From an uncultured Armatimonadetes bacterium (GTDB lineage Bacteria > Armatimonadota > Hebobacteria > Hebobacterales > Hebobacteraceae): a stretch of 64,000 bases of DNA. Position 1 is the first letter of the stretch. The number at the start of each line of letters is the position of its first letter. Position numbers and translations under genes: made by a program. This document shows, piece by piece, positions 63,584-64,000 of the stretch. The notes beneath the pieces are model-generated. The model saw nothing but the letters and a program-made list of their open reading frames with translations. It was not told the DNA's origin and did no database searches. The stretch lies in NCBI GenBank assembly GCA_963716175.1, contig OY970296.1, positions 4,384,001-4,448,000 on the forward strand, given 5' to 3'.

Positions 63584-63706
63584 CCAGGCTGGGAGCCTGG
63601 GCTACGAAGCAGGAATGTCATCTTGCCGGAATCAAGAACAGGCGGCAGGGACTGGTGGCGACCGCAGGCTGGGACGCTGCCCTGTCCGGCAGTCTAGGAG
63701 AGTAAC

Positions 63707-64000
63707 ATGCGGACATCCATTGCGCTGACGCAACCGGGCGAGTTCGTGGTCGGCTGCAACTACTGGGCCTCGCACGCCGGAACCTTCATGTGGCGCGACT
63801 GGCGGCCGGAGGTGGTGGACCGCGATCTCCGGCTGCTGAGCGAAGCAGGGCTGCAGGTGCTGCGAGTGTTCCCCCTGTGGCCGGATTTCCAGCCCCTCAC
63901 GAACCTGCTCGGCGGCGGCGGTTCTTCGCGGGAGTTCCGCCACGGTGAAGCGCCACTGCCGGATGACGACTGCGGACAGGCTGGCCTGTCGGCGGAAATG
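63707..64000 (+). CDS. GH5-like (beta-mannanase/cellulase-type) glycoside hydrolase, truncated at window edge
   Basis: Manual translation FVVGCNYWASHAGTFMWRDW...GLQVLRVFPLWPDFQP; RBS AGGAG. Confidence 0.75.
   Translation, partial: MRTSIALTQPGEFVVGCNYWASHAGTFMWRDWRPEVVDRDLRLLSEAGLQVLRVFPLWPDFQPLTNLLGGGGSSREFRHGEAPLPDDDCGQAGLSAEM

Overview
GC-rich bacterial DNA, probably Armatimonadota or a related lineage (inferred from two tandem prepilin-type/DUF1559 '[33 protein letters not shown]' genes and the catabolic repertoire). Most of the window is carbohydrate-catabolic and transport genes: oxidoreductases, aldolases, glycoside hydrolases, two MarR-linked efflux operons and a two-component system. 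The standout is a compact type II-C CRISPR-Cas9 locus at about 58170-62210. It has a tracrRNA with its own promoter and terminator, a ~1060-aa cas9 with all catalytic motifs but one +1 frameshift and one in-frame TAG, and no cas1/cas2. A 36-bp-repeat array starts on the base right after the cas9 stop codon. The array ends in an unusual triplicated 115-bp unit made of a truncated repeat plus an invariant 84-bp hairpin-containing insert. Many unrelated genes carry single-base frameshifts, almost all +1, which suggests an error-prone assembly and lowers confidence in pseudogene calls. Also seen: a small IS5-like MITE family, GTAG-type REP-like hairpins and apparent internally deleted gene remnants. 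No database searches were run; family calls come from motif recognition.
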